A stretch of DNA of 64,000 nt from a virus (IMGVR_UViG_2706794662_000007); one strand, 5' to 3'. Positions 29,462-40,063 are shown, counted from the stretch's first letter. The notes: generated by a model not told the origin, from the letters alone. Program-made: numbers and translations.

Positions 29462-31036
29462 TCACTCGTTCTCTTGAGTAGATGAGTCCCCATTCCCTCG
29501 GGGTTGATCTTGCCCGCTTTCTTGGGCTGCACCACGATCATAAGTAAGTACTGACTTATTTTCAAGGGTATTTAGATCATTTTTTGGAGGAAAATTCAAG
29601 AGATCTTTATCAAATTCCTTTTTCATCGCCTCAGTAATGTTCGGGAAAATCTTCTCAATAAGCATTTCCATCTGGTGACGACGTACAGAGTCCGGTGCCT
29701 GAAGTAATGACAGTTTCTCGGCAACAGAAAATTCATCAGTAAGGCCACGAATATCGAAACTTTCTGGATACGCAATTAAAGAGTGGTCTTCGTCCAGATC
29801 TACCCCCATCCATTTCGCAACCAGTAGCATGATTTGGCGTTCAGCCCTTTCCAGACGCTCTGCTTTTGTGACAAGCAAGCTATTTACACGCTGGAAGTCA
29901 TACATTTTTGCGGCACCAGATGAATTATCGATTCCCTGTGCGTTGTCCTGCTTCGTTCGCTCACCAGCTACACCAACTGAATGGTAGATTTCGTTAATCA
30001 CCGTCTTAATCGTAGTGATGATCATCTGAGCTTGTTTCGGGTCTGGTGACAGATAAAACGGCTGGTTTCCACCTTCAGAATCGTAGGTGAAGACTCGCTT
30101 TGTGCCCATTTCAAGCACTTTAGTGTGGTTTTCATCACCAGGTAAAAGCGACTGTACCGGTATAGCCAACTGGCTAAATGTCTGATCCTGAATAATGGCA
30201 TCAAGGTTTGACAGATAGTTTGCAACCGCACGATCAAGATAAGCGATATCATCGATCAACGATGGGCTGAAATACGGTGATTCACTTTCTCCAATACAAT
30301 CAACAGGAAACACAGGAACTACGCCGAGATTATGCTCACCGCTATCCTCTAAAATAACTTTTGCCTGACGGCGACCTGCTCCACCAGCGCCCTTCTTCAC
30401 TTCCTCACGGAACAGATACCACTCGTTTTGTGTCCACAGACGATAACGTTGGTATTCCTGACCTGTAGAAGTAAAAGGATCTGCGTCATCACGAGCGACT
30501 TCCACAATTAACGCCCACAACATATTCCCGTCGTCGTCCCATGCCACATCCAGCATTTGCTGAGGTGAAATCCAGTAGGCGTAGGCGCGAGCATCTTTCT
30601 TTTTCTCGTCAGCTACTGACTCAACATCACCACTCATCGTGCTATCGACAACAACCCATATGCGACCGTAAATAGACGACTGCAAATCAATAGCGGCCAT
30701 AAATGAGTCAATAGAGGCATTCTGGCGAGTCGCACGTTTCCAGAAATTGCGGATCTGCTCTGGTGCCTCTTCGATATTTCTATGAATGTCTTCTTTAAAG
30801 AGATATTTGTTGATGAGGTTTACCACCTCACGAGTGTGGTTGAAGCGATAAGCACGTTCAACTCGCTCCTTAAACTCCTGATCTCCCTCTTTAAAGTAAC
30901 GAAAGATATTGTCTGTAAACCAACCACGCCCGCCAGCGTAAGTGCTGGCGAGGAAGTCCCAATGTTCTTTTTTCTTTTCGTATTCCGGGTGGCGTCGCGC
31001 CACCAGATCCTTAATTTGTTTGTCGTTCAATTCCAT
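29462..31036 (-). CDS. portal protein
   Basis: 524 aa immediately downstream of TerL. Confidence 0.7.
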   Translation of the reverse strand: MELNDKQIKDLVARRHPEYEKKKEHWDFLASTYAGGRGWFTDNIFRYFKEGDQEFKERVERAYRFNHTREVVNLINKYLFKEDIHRNIEEAPEQIRNFWKRATRQNASIDSFMAAIDLQSSIYGRIWVVVDSTMSGDVESVADEKKKDARAYAYWISPQQMLDVAWDDDGNMLWALIVEVARDDADPFTSTGQEYQRYRLWTQNEWYLFREEVKKGAGGAGRRQAKVILEDSGEHNLGVVPVFPVDCIGESESPYFSPSLIDDIAYLDRAVANYLSNLDAIIQDQTFSQLAIPVQSLLPGDENHTKVLEMGTKRVFTYDSEGGNQPFYLSPDPKQAQMIITTIKTVINEIYHSVGVAGERTKQDNAQGIDNSSGAAKMYDFQRVNSLLVTKAERLERAERQIMLLVAKWMGVDLDEDHSLIAYPESFDIRGLTDEFSVAEKLSLLQAPDSVRRHQMEMLIEKIFPNITEAMKKEFDKDLLNFPPKNDLNTLENKSVLTYDRGAAQESGQDQPRGNGDSSTQENE

Positions 31037-31062
31037 TTGAATAACCTTAGATAATTACTTAC

Positions 31063-32319
31063 CTATCGAGAACCACCAAGAATAACACGATTTTTTACTG
31101 GATACCTACGATGTACTGGATAGCCCAATGCGTCTGCACTATGCTCAATGCCACCTGTCTTATCCATATCTCGTGTTCCAGGCTTGTAGATGACTTTTTC
31201 CAGTGAATCAATCAAATGCTTGCACTTCGGATCGATATACAGCCGGATATCTCCAGATGCGGACATCAGCATTCGGTTAACAGCATTAACACGATCCGCA
31301 ATTGGCGGGTGCTTTTTCGAATAATCGACACGTAAGAATCCCTTCTCTTTGAATATGTCTACGTCAGACTCCCCACGAGCATGTTGGCGATAAGCACCTG
31401 CCGGATCTGGAAATACCGTTACCTGTGATTTCCAGCGCCAGAAGCGTCTCTCAAGCTCATCACAAACTTCTGCCGTGTTAGAGGAAAAGAGCACCAATTC
31501 ATCAATTGCCCATAGCTCACCATTTGGCTGAGGTTGCAAAATTACTGAAGACATCGGGTCAATGTTGAAGTCCTGCCCTACCCATATAGGCAACCGAGGG
31601 TTGAACTGAAGCGGTTTTACATGCACGTTACGATCGAACGGGTAGTAAACGCGCCCGGACATGTTCTCAAAGCTCGCCAGGTACTCCTGAGCGAACGATT
31701 TCGGGTCCATATCGTTCTTAGCAGCTTCAATTTCCGCCGTAGGTACAAACGGAGAATCGGCAGTTACAAACTGCCAGCTCTTCCACTGTCCCTTTCTTTG
31801 CAGCTCTACGTTCTGGCCTATAGTCCACAGTTTGTGAAATTCCGAGAAGCCTTTTGGCGTACCAATGATCAGTGCACCGCCGCGTGTCGATGAAAGAGTA
31901 GGTCGTAACACCTTGTACCAGGTGTCAGCCTTCATATCCTGAAATTCATCAAGCACTACAAAATGCAACGCTACGCCGCGCAGAGTGTCAGGCTTATCAG
32001 CACCTTTGAGGGCGATCTCCGAACCGTTCTTCAACACGATTGTCATCGTGGTGTCGTTCTTTTTCCTAACCCACTTACGAGGCAGAACTTCCTGTAGATC
32101 GTCCCACAAAATCTGGCGAGCCATCTGGTAAGTAGGAGCGACATACCAGACTCTTTGCTTTTTTTCCTTTGCCGCCGCACGAATAATAGTGGAGATCGAC
32201 AACCGGGATTTTCCCCAGCGTCGACCAGCACAAACAACTTTAAATCGATGCGGAGACTGGAAGACTTTCATCTGTCCAGAATGCAGTTGCACAAGACTGA
32301 GCGAGGACGGGATTGCCAT
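31063..32319 (-). CDS. terminase large subunit
   Basis: Walker A CAGRRWGKS and Walker B VVLDEFQD; C-terminal nuclease-like acidic residues. Confidence 0.85.
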   Translation of the reverse strand: MAIPSSLSLVQLHSGQMKVFQSPHRFKVVCAGRRWGKSRLSISTIIRAAAKEKKQRVWYVAPTYQMARQILWDDLQEVLPRKWVRKKNDTTMTIVLKNGSEIALKGADKPDTLRGVALHFVVLDEFQDMKADTWYKVLRPTLSSTRGGALIIGTPKGFSEFHKLWTIGQNVELQRKGQWKSWQFVTADSPFVPTAEIEAAKNDMDPKSFAQEYLASFENMSGRVYYPFDRNVHVKPLQFNPRLPIWVGQDFNIDPMSSVILQPQPNGELWAIDELVLFSSNTAEVCDELERRFWRWKSQVTVFPDPAGAYRQHARGESDVDIFKEKGFLRVDYSKKHPPIADRVNAVNRMLMSASGDIRLYIDPKCKHLIDSLEKVIYKPGTRDMDKTGGIEHSADALGYPVHRRYPVKNRVILGGSR

Positions 32320-32951
32320 TATTCGTCCTCCCCTTCACTTCCATCATCTGTCGCATCAAATTCGCTTAGAGCTTCTTCTTCCAACGTCTCAAGCAATTCG
32401 TCATCGATGATTTCAGGCTCGTCGTCTTCCTGACGTAATTTCGCCACCTGGGAAGGCGTAAGCTCACCAAATACCAGGTTCGGAATTTCTTCCTCGTCAT
32501 TTTCCGCATGATCCATGCCCAATGCTTTGGACGAAACTTCAAAGCATTTTGCAAGAGTATTACTGGCTCTCTGTAAGCTCTTGAGAGAATCCTCAATCGC
32601 CCCTAAAGGCTTACCCTCACGTTTGGCCGTAGTGACTTCGACCATCACCATCTGCCCCAACGCATACGCCCAGCCGTCATAACGTGTACGACGTTCTTCT
32701 ATCTTTTCCGCACGGGCTTTAGCGCGAAGCTCTGCGTCAGATTTAAGAGACTCACGAACCATCTTCCCAACAGAGTCCGCGCCTTTCTCTAATCCTCGCT
32801 TTTTGAAATGTCTGGAGAGTGTTTCACGACGAATGCCGTACTCTTCCTCCAGCTTTGAGAGTGTATATTCGCCTGACGTCCATTTGGCTTCAGCTTCGGC
32901 CCACTCCGCTGGTGTCAGGCGAGTTTTTACCTCGTCTTTTTCGACCGTCAT
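32319..32951 (-). CDS. terminase small subunit candidate
   Basis: 210 aa, helix-turn-helix-like N-terminus, acidic tail, overlaps TerL start. Confidence 0.55.
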   Translation of the reverse strand: MTVEKDEVKTRLTPAEWAEAEAKWTSGEYTLSKLEEEYGIRRETLSRHFKKRGLEKGADSVGKMVRESLKSDAELRAKARAEKIEERRTRYDGWAYALGQMVMVEVTTAKREGKPLGAIEDSLKSLQRASNTLAKCFEVSSKALGMDHAENDEEEIPNLVFGELTPSQVAKLRQEDDEPEIIDDELLETLEEEALSEFDATDDGSEGEDE

Positions 32952-33068
32952 AGATCCCTCTAAAACACACAGAGCGCGTCCATGCGCTCTAAAACAACTT
33001 GTTTACTGCATATGCTAACCAACTTGTTTTCTGGGGTGTTTAATTAGGTCTGGGCATGTCTTACTAAG

Positions 33069-33123
33069 CCTGCTTCTGTATATATTTAATAAGTTACTTA
33101 TTATTTATATATACAGAAGCAGG
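33069..33123. repeat. ~55-bp palindrome, copy B
   Basis: CCTGCTTCTGTATATATTTAATAAGTTACTTATTATTTATATATACAGAAGCAGG. Confidence 0.75.
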
Positions 33124-33147
33124 TCTTTAAATAAGCTCCCAGACCGA

Positions 33148-33414
33148 TTACATCACCAGTAACTTCGCTTTGGCTCGACCTAAAGTGGTTAACCCAAGAG
33201 TCCGGCGGTGATAGCGATTGTCACTGCGTTGGCGCGTATGTCCTTTCTCCACCAGCCCCTTTTTTATCAGAGCGCGAATTGAGAACTGGATGCTTTGCTT
33301 GGTTGTCTTGTACGGCAAAACTTCAAGCAATTCGTCCAGATCAAGTAGATGACCTCGCTCATAACCGAGATTGAGCGTTTTGATGATGTCCTTTTGTTTG
33401 TCGGTTAACGTCAT
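33148..33414 (-). CDS. winged-helix DNA-binding protein candidate
   Basis: 88 aa; helix-turn-wing pattern; sits beside palindrome B. Confidence 0.4.
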   Translation of the reverse strand: MTLTDKQKDIIKTLNLGYERGHLLDLDELLEVLPYKTTKQSIQFSIRALIKKGLVEKGHTRQRSDNRYHRRTLGLTTLGRAKAKLLVM

Positions 33415-33423
33415 GGCAAATCC

Positions 33424-34323
33424 TTATGCCGGTAAAGCAATTTCTAACGGTTTATCCAAAGGTTGTTTGTCGAATGCCAGCAGTGGCAGCGTGTCAGGCA
33501 GTCGACGACCAAAGTCAGGGTTTCGGTACACACCATACAACGGAGACGTAAAGCTCAGGTTGTGAATGTCCTTGAGCAGCTTCACAATGCTGGCCTCGTC
33601 CACCAGACTGTCGGCAATGTCCTGAATCGTCGTGCCACGATTCCGCCCAGCTTTTGCCAGGGAACTGTTCTTGTGGTAGTCCGCCACCAGATCACGCAGT
33701 GCACGGCGACGACGAGACTCGCTCATTGCGAACAACTCTTTGACGATCGCCTCGTTATCACCAGGGTCGGAACGGAAATGGCGCTGGAATACACGCAGTG
33801 CACTTTCATAGCTCTTCGGTCGCTCAGGGCGGATGAACTTAAACCCTGCTTTCATGGCGAAGGGATTGTATTTGCTCATCGAGGACTGGATCTCAATGAT
33901 TGGCCGGTCATGCATCCTGCTAACCAGGTTAATCATTCGATAAGAGACGCCTACGCCACGATACTGAGTATCCACAACTGAGCGACTGATCACCGCAAAG
34001 TTGTTATTCACGTACCGACCCCAGTACTGGTTAGCTACGGTGGTATTAGTGGTTGGTTTCAACTTAGGAAACATGCGGTGGCGAGGTGCCAACAGTAGTT
34101 TCGGGTAAGCCATAACCACGACGCCCACCAGACGGTCATCAAGTTCGCAGCGATAGTAAGTTGGCGCGAAAGGTTTGCCGTCTGTTTTGTAGTGAAGCGA
34201 CTTAAGAGCGTGCCAGTCCTCTACAGTTCCCTTTGTGACAGTCATTCGCTCCAGAAAGTCCAGATGACGCGGAAACTCTTCAGGGCGGTAGCGTTTGATG
34301 ATGATATCTGCCATGTCGATCAC
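33424..34323 (-). CDS. GNAT-fold acyltransferase-like protein with ~130-aa C-terminal extension
   Basis: motif-A-like segment VISRSVVDTQYRGVGVSYRMINL. Confidence 0.45.
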   Translation of the reverse strand: MIDMADIIIKRYRPEEFPRHLDFLERMTVTKGTVEDWHALKSLHYKTDGKPFAPTYYRCELDDRLVGVVVMAYPKLLLAPRHRMFPKLKPTTNTTVANQYWGRYVNNNFAVISRSVVDTQYRGVGVSYRMINLVSRMHDRPIIEIQSSMSKYNPFAMKAGFKFIRPERPKSYESALRVFQRHFRSDPGDNEAIVKELFAMSESRRRRALRDLVADYHKNSSLAKAGRNRGTTIQDIADSLVDEASIVKLLKDIHNLSFTSPLYGVYRNPDFGRRLPDTLPLLAFDKQPLDKPLEIALPA

Positions 34324-34574
34324 CTGCGCTCGATATTGGCATTGATGAAATCCAGGCGAAGAGACTCCATCGCCCCTACCATGACATACGGGCGCCCGCC
34401 GTTATGCCAGCAATCAAGAACACTGCCGTCGTTGTTGATCATCAACAGCGCCAGGCTCTGGCTTTTTCCTTCTCTGGCGTGCTGAAGTGCTTCTTCCAGC
34501 AGGCGGATGACTTCCACGTTGTTGTTATCAGTCTCTTTCGATGGCTTCAGCTCTACGATCTTCAAATCAGGCAT
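34320..34574 (-). CDS. hypothetical protein, 84 aa
   Basis: ORF track; coupled between ATPase and GNAT-like genes. Confidence 0.4.
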   Translation of the reverse strand: MPDLKIVELKPSKETDNNNVEVIRLLEEALQHAREGKSQSLALLMINNDGSVLDCWHNGGRPYVMVGAMESLRLDFINANIERR

Positions 34575-35205
34575 ATTCCACCTTCACGCGTTCTTTGTAG
34601 TGCTTGGTGATCTGCATATCCGGGCGCAGCGCGTTCTTCAGGTCTTCGTGAGTCGTCGCCACCATTACCGTCGCACCAACCTTTCGAGCGGCACGCTGGA
34701 GGTTAGACGCCACAACCTGAGCGGTTACACGGTCTAGAACAGCGCCGAACTCGTCAGCAGCCCATACTTTAGCGCCTGACTCAATCAGTTTGGCAATCTT
34801 GAGACGATATTTCTGGCCGTCTGACATTTCAGAAGGCTTGCGAACAAACAGATATGCATCGTTCAGACCAGCCATAGATAACAACCCAAGCGCATCACTG
34901 GTCGTTTTGCCCAACTGATCGATGACGTTAACCTCATTATCGAAGGTAAAATCATCGATGGAGGCTACAGACAGCCCTTCATCCTTCATCTGTCGTTGCA
35001 ACTCGCGCAGCACAACGGATTTGCCGGAACCGGATTGGCCGGTGATGTACACCACATCGCCCTGCTTCACTTCCAGCTCCAGATTGTCGTAAAGCGTCCA
35101 CTCTTTTTCGTCCAGGCCAAGCCCGAACGACTCAGCGATTTCCAACGTGCGCGTGGTTTTATTTACGCGTGTCTGAAACGATACGTTGATGATGTATTTG
35201 CTCAT
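34567..35205 (-). CDS. stand-alone ABC-type ATPase (nucleotide-binding domain only)
   Basis: Walker A GQSGSGKS, signature-like MSDGQKYR, Walker B VWAADEFG, H-loop TTHE; no membrane partner nearby. Confidence 0.6.
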   Translation of the reverse strand: MSKYIINVSFQTRVNKTTRTLEIAESFGLGLDEKEWTLYDNLELEVKQGDVVYITGQSGSGKSVVLRELQRQMKDEGLSVASIDDFTFDNEVNVIDQLGKTTSDALGLLSMAGLNDAYLFVRKPSEMSDGQKYRLKIAKLIESGAKVWAADEFGAVLDRVTAQVVASNLQRAARKVGATVMVATTHEDLKNALRPDMQITKHYKERVKVEYA

Positions 35206-35870
35206 GCAGCCATCTCCCCGGAAGAGATTTTCTCCGCATATGCCACAAATGCGTCTACCCCGCTTTCTCCCGTCATTTCTTCCATGTGGGCAAGCAAATC
35301 ACCAACAACAATGGCAGAGCCAGCAGGAAGCGTTTTAAAGCCCAATACGTCGACAACACGTACTTCTTCCGCTGCAACTTCACGACTGATCTCGGTGTGT
35401 TCATCCTTCTGTCGTTTAGTTTCTTCGCCAAGATCGATAACTAGCGAGTCGGTGTCCATTTCTTCTGTCATACTGCCAACGAGAACATTCAACTCACGCT
35501 CTTCGAAGCCGAAAACCTCGATATCGTCCAGAACAAGCGACTCAAGCTCTTTCTGTAGCTTAATTGCATCGTAATCAATGCTGGCAAGTCGGTTATCTTC
35601 AAGGCGCTTCGCACGAACCTCGTCATCACTGAGATCATCGCGAACAATAACCGGTACACGCTCAAGTCCAGCAAAAATTGCAGCCTCACGACGGCCGTGG
35701 CCAGTAATAATTACGTCGTTCTTATCGACCGTAATTGGCTGGTCAAATCCGCGCTTTTTAATGGCTGCGGCCAGATCTCTGATCTGCTGTTCATCATGCT
35801 TTTTGGCATTCATCTCATAGGGAATAAGATCTGCCGGGTCGCGATATACGATTTCAAACTTTTTGGTCAT
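35202..35870 (-). CDS. ParB N-terminal (ParB/Srx fold) domain protein
   Basis: ParB box-like ITGHGRREAA; start taken at Met giving TAATG junction with upstream gene. Confidence 0.6.
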   Translation of the reverse strand: MTKKFEIVYRDPADLIPYEMNAKKHDEQQIRDLAAAIKKRGFDQPITVDKNDVIITGHGRREAAIFAGLERVPVIVRDDLSDDEVRAKRLEDNRLASIDYDAIKLQKELESLVLDDIEVFGFEERELNVLVGSMTEEMDTDSLVIDLGEETKRQKDEHTEISREVAAEEVRVVDVLGFKTLPAGSAIVVGDLLAHMEEMTGESGVDAFVAYAEKISSGEMAA

Positions 35871-36550
35871 TACATACGCTCCTTGTAGTAGTCGACCAGC
35901 CACACCAGAGCCTCACCAGCGTTCTCCATTTCATTACCGGTGTTAATAGCCTGCTCTTTGATGATGTTTTTTATGGTTTCTGCAACACGATCTGACGCAT
36001 CGAAAGTTACTTTGAAGCGCATGGTCTGATGTTCCGCCCCCACACGTTCGGTTTTCTCTCGTTTGTCGGTATCGACAGGCTCATCACTACCACGAGACAA
36101 CGCCTCCAGTGCTTCAAGGTCGATTGCCGCCTCTTTTGCTAAAACCATCGAGATTTCGTCGTCATACGGGGCGATTTCAGACAGTTGATAGTCAAGTTCT
36201 GACTGAATTTCTTCAATGAAGCGTTGCAATGCGATTTGGTCGTCTTCACCGTATCGCTCGTTGTCCACCAGTGACATCTGTTTAGCTACGACATCGCTAA
36301 TTTTGCCCACAGAAAGCACTGGAACCGTTGAAATTCCTTGCTCAATAGCGGCACGCCAGCGATGTTCGCCGCCGAGGATTTCAAAAAATCCATCTTCAAG
36401 TTCACGAGCCAAAATTGGCTTAAAAAAGCCCAATTTTTCGATAGAACCTTTCAGTTTTTCGAAATTCTGCGCACCAACCGAATTGGTGTTCCAGGTATTC
36501 GGGCGAAGGTTGGCAACATCAACCTGCAAAATCGTGATTTTTACGTCCAT
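35870..36550 (-). CDS. ParB N-terminal domain protein, paralogous neighbour
   Basis: ParB box II-like ILGGEHRWRAA; ATG at 36550 preferred over GTG at 36568. Confidence 0.6.
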   Translation of the reverse strand: MDVKITILQVDVANLRPNTWNTNSVGAQNFEKLKGSIEKLGFFKPILARELEDGFFEILGGEHRWRAAIEQGISTVPVLSVGKISDVVAKQMSLVDNERYGEDDQIALQRFIEEIQSELDYQLSEIAPYDDEISMVLAKEAAIDLEALEALSRGSDEPVDTDKREKTERVGAEHQTMRFKVTFDASDRVAETIKNIIKEQAINTGNEMENAGEALVWLVDYYKERM

Positions 36551-36632
36551 TTTATTGCTACAATCCACTAAGTAATCACTTACTTATTATAATAGCCAAA
36601 TAACATACAAAAGGCACTAAGGAAAGAGGTTT

Positions 36633-38192
36633 ATGACTGTTCGGATTGTATCTAACGCAGTAAATGCGCTTATTTCTGGCGCAGATGACAAGGTAAAGCA
36701 ACTGGTGCAGCAAATGTTGAGCTACGAAGTCGAGGCTGGCGACTGGAAGGGCACAAGCACAATGTTCAACTGGAGCAAAAACTCGTTCCCTGCTGGCTTT
36801 GCCAAGCCCGTGGCGGCTAATTTGAACAAGGCGGGCATCAAATGTGTTCATATCCGCAAAGACAAAGCCCCGGCGCTTGGTAAACCAAATCCGGCGGTTA
36901 ACCCATTCCCATACAATCCTGATTATGCGTATCAGGATCAGACTGTGGAAACACTGGTTCGAGAGGGAATGATGATTGCGCAGATCGCTACTGGTGGCGG
37001 GAAATCTAACGTTGCCTGCAAAGCAGCTGCACGTATCGGTCGAATGACATTATTTTTAACAACCCGCTCTGTTCTGATGTTTCAAATGGCCGAAAACTTC
37101 CAGAGATCCATCGACTACCGCGCCAAAAATGGCGAACCGTGGTTAAAAGACCAAAAGGTTGGAGTCATTGGCTCGGGTGAGTTCCAGGTATCACGACATA
37201 TCAACGTCGCTACAGTTCAAACTCTTGCAAGTTTCCTCGAAGAACCACCACGCGATGCAACACCAGATAAGAAAAGCTACCACCTCAAACGTCGGGAGTT
37301 GGTGAAACGCTTCCTTTCAAGTGTCTCTCTTCTTATTCTGGAAGAGGCGCATGAGTCTTCAGGCTCAAATTTCTATGACATCGCCAGATTATGTGTGAAC
37401 GCAGACTATCGTCTGGCGCTTACAGCCACGCCGTTCATGAAGGATTCGACGGAAGCCAACATGCGCCTGATGGCGGTGGCCGGGCGAATTGAAATTAAAG
37501 TCACAGAAAAGTATCTGATTGATCGAGGCATTCTGGCAAAGCCGTACTTCCTTTATCATAAAGTTGCCTACAAGCCAGACGAGGCCAGAATCAAGGCCGA
37601 ACTTGCCAACAAACACCTCAATTTTAGAGTTGGTATGAGCACCGCCTACCAAAAGGCTTATCAGTTGGGGATCGTGTATAATTTGGGACGTAACGAGGCC
37701 ATTGTGCGCGAAGCATTGCTCTATAAGCAACATTCTCTCAATTGTATGACTCTGGTTCGCCTTAAACGCCACGGGCAAATCCTGATGGAAATGATGAAAG
37801 AGTCCGGCCTTAGAGTTGACTTCATCTATGGGGAATCTAACCAGGCGACAAGGCAAGCAAAGCTGAACAGTTTAGCGTCTGGAGAAATAGATGTTTTAAT
37901 AGGCTCGACTATTCTGGATGTCGGTGTTGATGTGCCAAGCGTTGGTGCGGTCATTCTTGCTGGTGGTGGGAAAGCAGAAGTTGAAATGAGGCAGCGTGTC
38001 GGTCGTGGCTTACGAGCCAAGAAGAATCAGGCAAACGTGTGTTTTATCACTGATTTCATTGACATTAGCAACAAATACCTGTTGTCTCACTCTTATGAGC
38101 GAAAACACATCATCGACACCACACCTGGCTTTGCAGAAGGTGTATTGCCTATTGATGGCGCATTCGATTTTGGAGTTCTGAAACGAGATTAG
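36633..38192 (+). CDS. superfamily-2 DEAD/DEAH-box helicase
   Basis: motif I ATGGGKS, motif II LILEEAHE, motif III TATP, motif VI QRVGRGLR. Confidence 0.7.
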   Translation: MTVRIVSNAVNALISGADDKVKQLVQQMLSYEVEAGDWKGTSTMFNWSKNSFPAGFAKPVAANLNKAGIKCVHIRKDKAPALGKPNPAVNPFPYNPDYAYQDQTVETLVREGMMIAQIATGGGKSNVACKAAARIGRMTLFLTTRSVLMFQMAENFQRSIDYRAKNGEPWLKDQKVGVIGSGEFQVSRHINVATVQTLASFLEEPPRDATPDKKSYHLKRRELVKRFLSSVSLLILEEAHESSGSNFYDIARLCVNADYRLALTATPFMKDSTEANMRLMAVAGRIEIKVTEKYLIDRGILAKPYFLYHKVAYKPDEARIKAELANKHLNFRVGMSTAYQKAYQLGIVYNLGRNEAIVREALLYKQHSLNCMTLVRLKRHGQILMEMMKESGLRVDFIYGESNQATRQAKLNSLASGEIDVLIGSTILDVGVDVPSVGAVILAGGGKAEVEMRQRVGRGLRAKKNQANVCFITDFIDISNKYLLSHSYERKHIIDTTPGFAEGVLPIDGAFDFGVLKRD

Positions 38193-38194
38193 TT

Positions 38195-38473
38195 ATGAGC
38201 GAAAAGAAAACAACTTATTGTCAGGTGGCATTGTCCGATAAGGCCAATGACAAACTTGGAAAGTTTCAAATGAAACTAAAAGAAAAAAACATCAAAATGT
38301 CTAAGGCTGAAGTTATCAATACCATTCTGGAGACGATGACGATGGCTGAATTTGACAAAGTTTCATCTGCCGTTGGAGTCTCTGCTAAGGCTCGTGAGAA
38401 AATCATGCGCATCTATGAGAACTCTAATATGACAAAGGAAGATTTAGAGCAAATTCTAAGCAAACTGCCGTAA
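38195..38473 (+). CDS. hypothetical protein, 92 aa, AT-rich
   Basis: ORF track; 3-nt gap after helicase gene. Confidence 0.4.
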   Translation: MSEKKTTYCQVALSDKANDKLGKFQMKLKEKNIKMSKAEVINTILETMTMAEFDKVSSAVGVSAKAREKIMRIYENSNMTKEDLEQILSKLP

Positions 38474-38654
38474 TATTGGATTCTTAGTCAATTTCAGAAT
38501 TGCCAGACTTGAAGAGCTAATAGACAGAGTGCGGCAACAACGCCTTTGCCGCACAGCTTTTAGAGAAAACACGTCTGCTATTTACAGTTGAAAACTTATC
38601 GTTTGAGACTATTGGATATTTATAATTCTACTTTGCAATAATCGCTGTATAAAA

Positions 38655-39248
38655 ATGAAACGTTCGTTACTTCTTGCTTGTATATACCTCTCGTCATTTT
38701 CCGCCAATGCGTTGTCAGATATCGTCTCCGACATGCAAAAAACGTACAGCATGTATACTTCTGAAGACGTACTAAAATACGAATCACGAGGTCTGATTCA
38801 ACCAGTCTGGTTCAGATTCTCAGATAACGCAGAAGAAACAATACTTAATGCAGGAAAAGAAAGATTACGGTTGCAAATTAACGGAACCGCTGTACCAGAA
38901 AACGTTAATGTAAGCTCTGACGAAGCCATGAAGCCATCTGGAATTGTTTTGGAAGTTCAAGACGGCACACTTTACTGTGATGAAATGGCTACAACAGGTT
39001 GCCAAGTAAACATTAGGGTTGGCAATGAAGAGCCTATCGTTACTTACGCCAAGGCTGAAGGGAATACAAGTGGAAAGGTATTGTTTATCGATGAAAATAC
39101 CTCAAAACGTATCGTTCGTGACATACAGAAAACAGCGAACTCTAAATCCGTCGATAAAAAAATCTATGTTGAGGTTCCCTTCTTTGTCGTTGGTAACAAA
39201 GAATTTAAATTTGGGTTGCTGAAAACACCTCTAAGAGTATCAGAATGA
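38655..39248 (+). CDS. secreted/periplasmic protein with signal peptide
   Basis: N-terminus MKRSLLLACIYLSSFSANA with AxA cleavage site. Confidence 0.5.
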   Translation: MKRSLLLACIYLSSFSANALSDIVSDMQKTYSMYTSEDVLKYESRGLIQPVWFRFSDNAEETILNAGKERLRLQINGTAVPENVNVSSDEAMKPSGIVLEVQDGTLYCDEMATTGCQVNIRVGNEEPIVTYAKAEGNTSGKVLFIDENTSKRIVRDIQKTANSKSVDKKIYVEVPFFVVGNKEFKFGLLKTPLRVSE

Positions 39249-39766
39249 GAACATTGGACATCACCTACGGCATACCGGCTGAAGTATGGCCGCGAGACTA
39301 CGAACATGCTGAACGTACCTTGCTCTTCTGGCGGAGTGCAAAATTTCCTGTAAGAGTCACTCTCGAAGACGGCCAAGTGTTTTGCATGTATGTCTACGGG
39401 CTATTGAGCGCAAGAAATAAGCTGAACCTCACACCAGATCCGCTTAGCAACACAAATCGTATAAGGCTCCCTCTTGAGCGCATTAGCACAATTGAGTCGG
39501 GCATAGAAGAGGTTGACACTTCATTCACAGGTCGACTAACGCTAAACAATGAACAGATGGTTAATCAGCCATCACGTCGTGACTTTTTTAAGATATGTCG
39601 TCAGGCTTACCAAAACGGCAAATCTATAAGGGTCTACATGGCAGACGGTCGCGAAATTGAGGGAACGTCAGATGGCGTTGACGCCTGTCTAGTCACACTT
39701 AAGTTGGAAGACGGTAGAAAAATACTTATTTTCTTCGATTGGGTTGAACGAATCCTTCCGTTTTAA
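39245..39766 (+). CDS. hypothetical protein, 173 aa
   Basis: ATGA overlap with preceding secreted-protein gene. Confidence 0.45.
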   Translation: MRTLDITYGIPAEVWPRDYEHAERTLLFWRSAKFPVRVTLEDGQVFCMYVYGLLSARNKLNLTPDPLSNTNRIRLPLERISTIESGIEEVDTSFTGRLTLNNEQMVNQPSRRDFFKICRQAYQNGKSIRVYMADGREIEGTSDGVDACLVTLKLEDGRKILIFFDWVERILPF

Positions 39767-39959
39767 TTTCTATAAGGGTAATAACCGGCTAAGTCCGGTT
39801 ATTATTTTACATGCCATTCATTTTATACTCTTTCAATTCTACCCCGTATAAATATATAAGGTCTAAAGCCGGAATCGATTATTTATTTAGGGAACACCCT
39901 CGACGATCTAACATTTATTTCTAGGACTTTCATCCCTGCAAAAAAACTTAAAAAAACAC

Positions 39960-39988
39960 TTGCAATCTTTTTTCGCGTATCGATAATT
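39960..39988 (+). promoter_or_regulatory. sigma70-like promoter (TTGCAA, 17-bp spacer, ATAATT)
   Basis: hexamers read directly; ~75 nt upstream of 40064 gene. Confidence 0.45.
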
Positions 39989-40063
39989 GAACGCATCAGG
40001 AACGAGTGCAAAACACTTTCTTTCTTGAGTTAAATTTTAATATTTATACTAAGGAATAAAATC

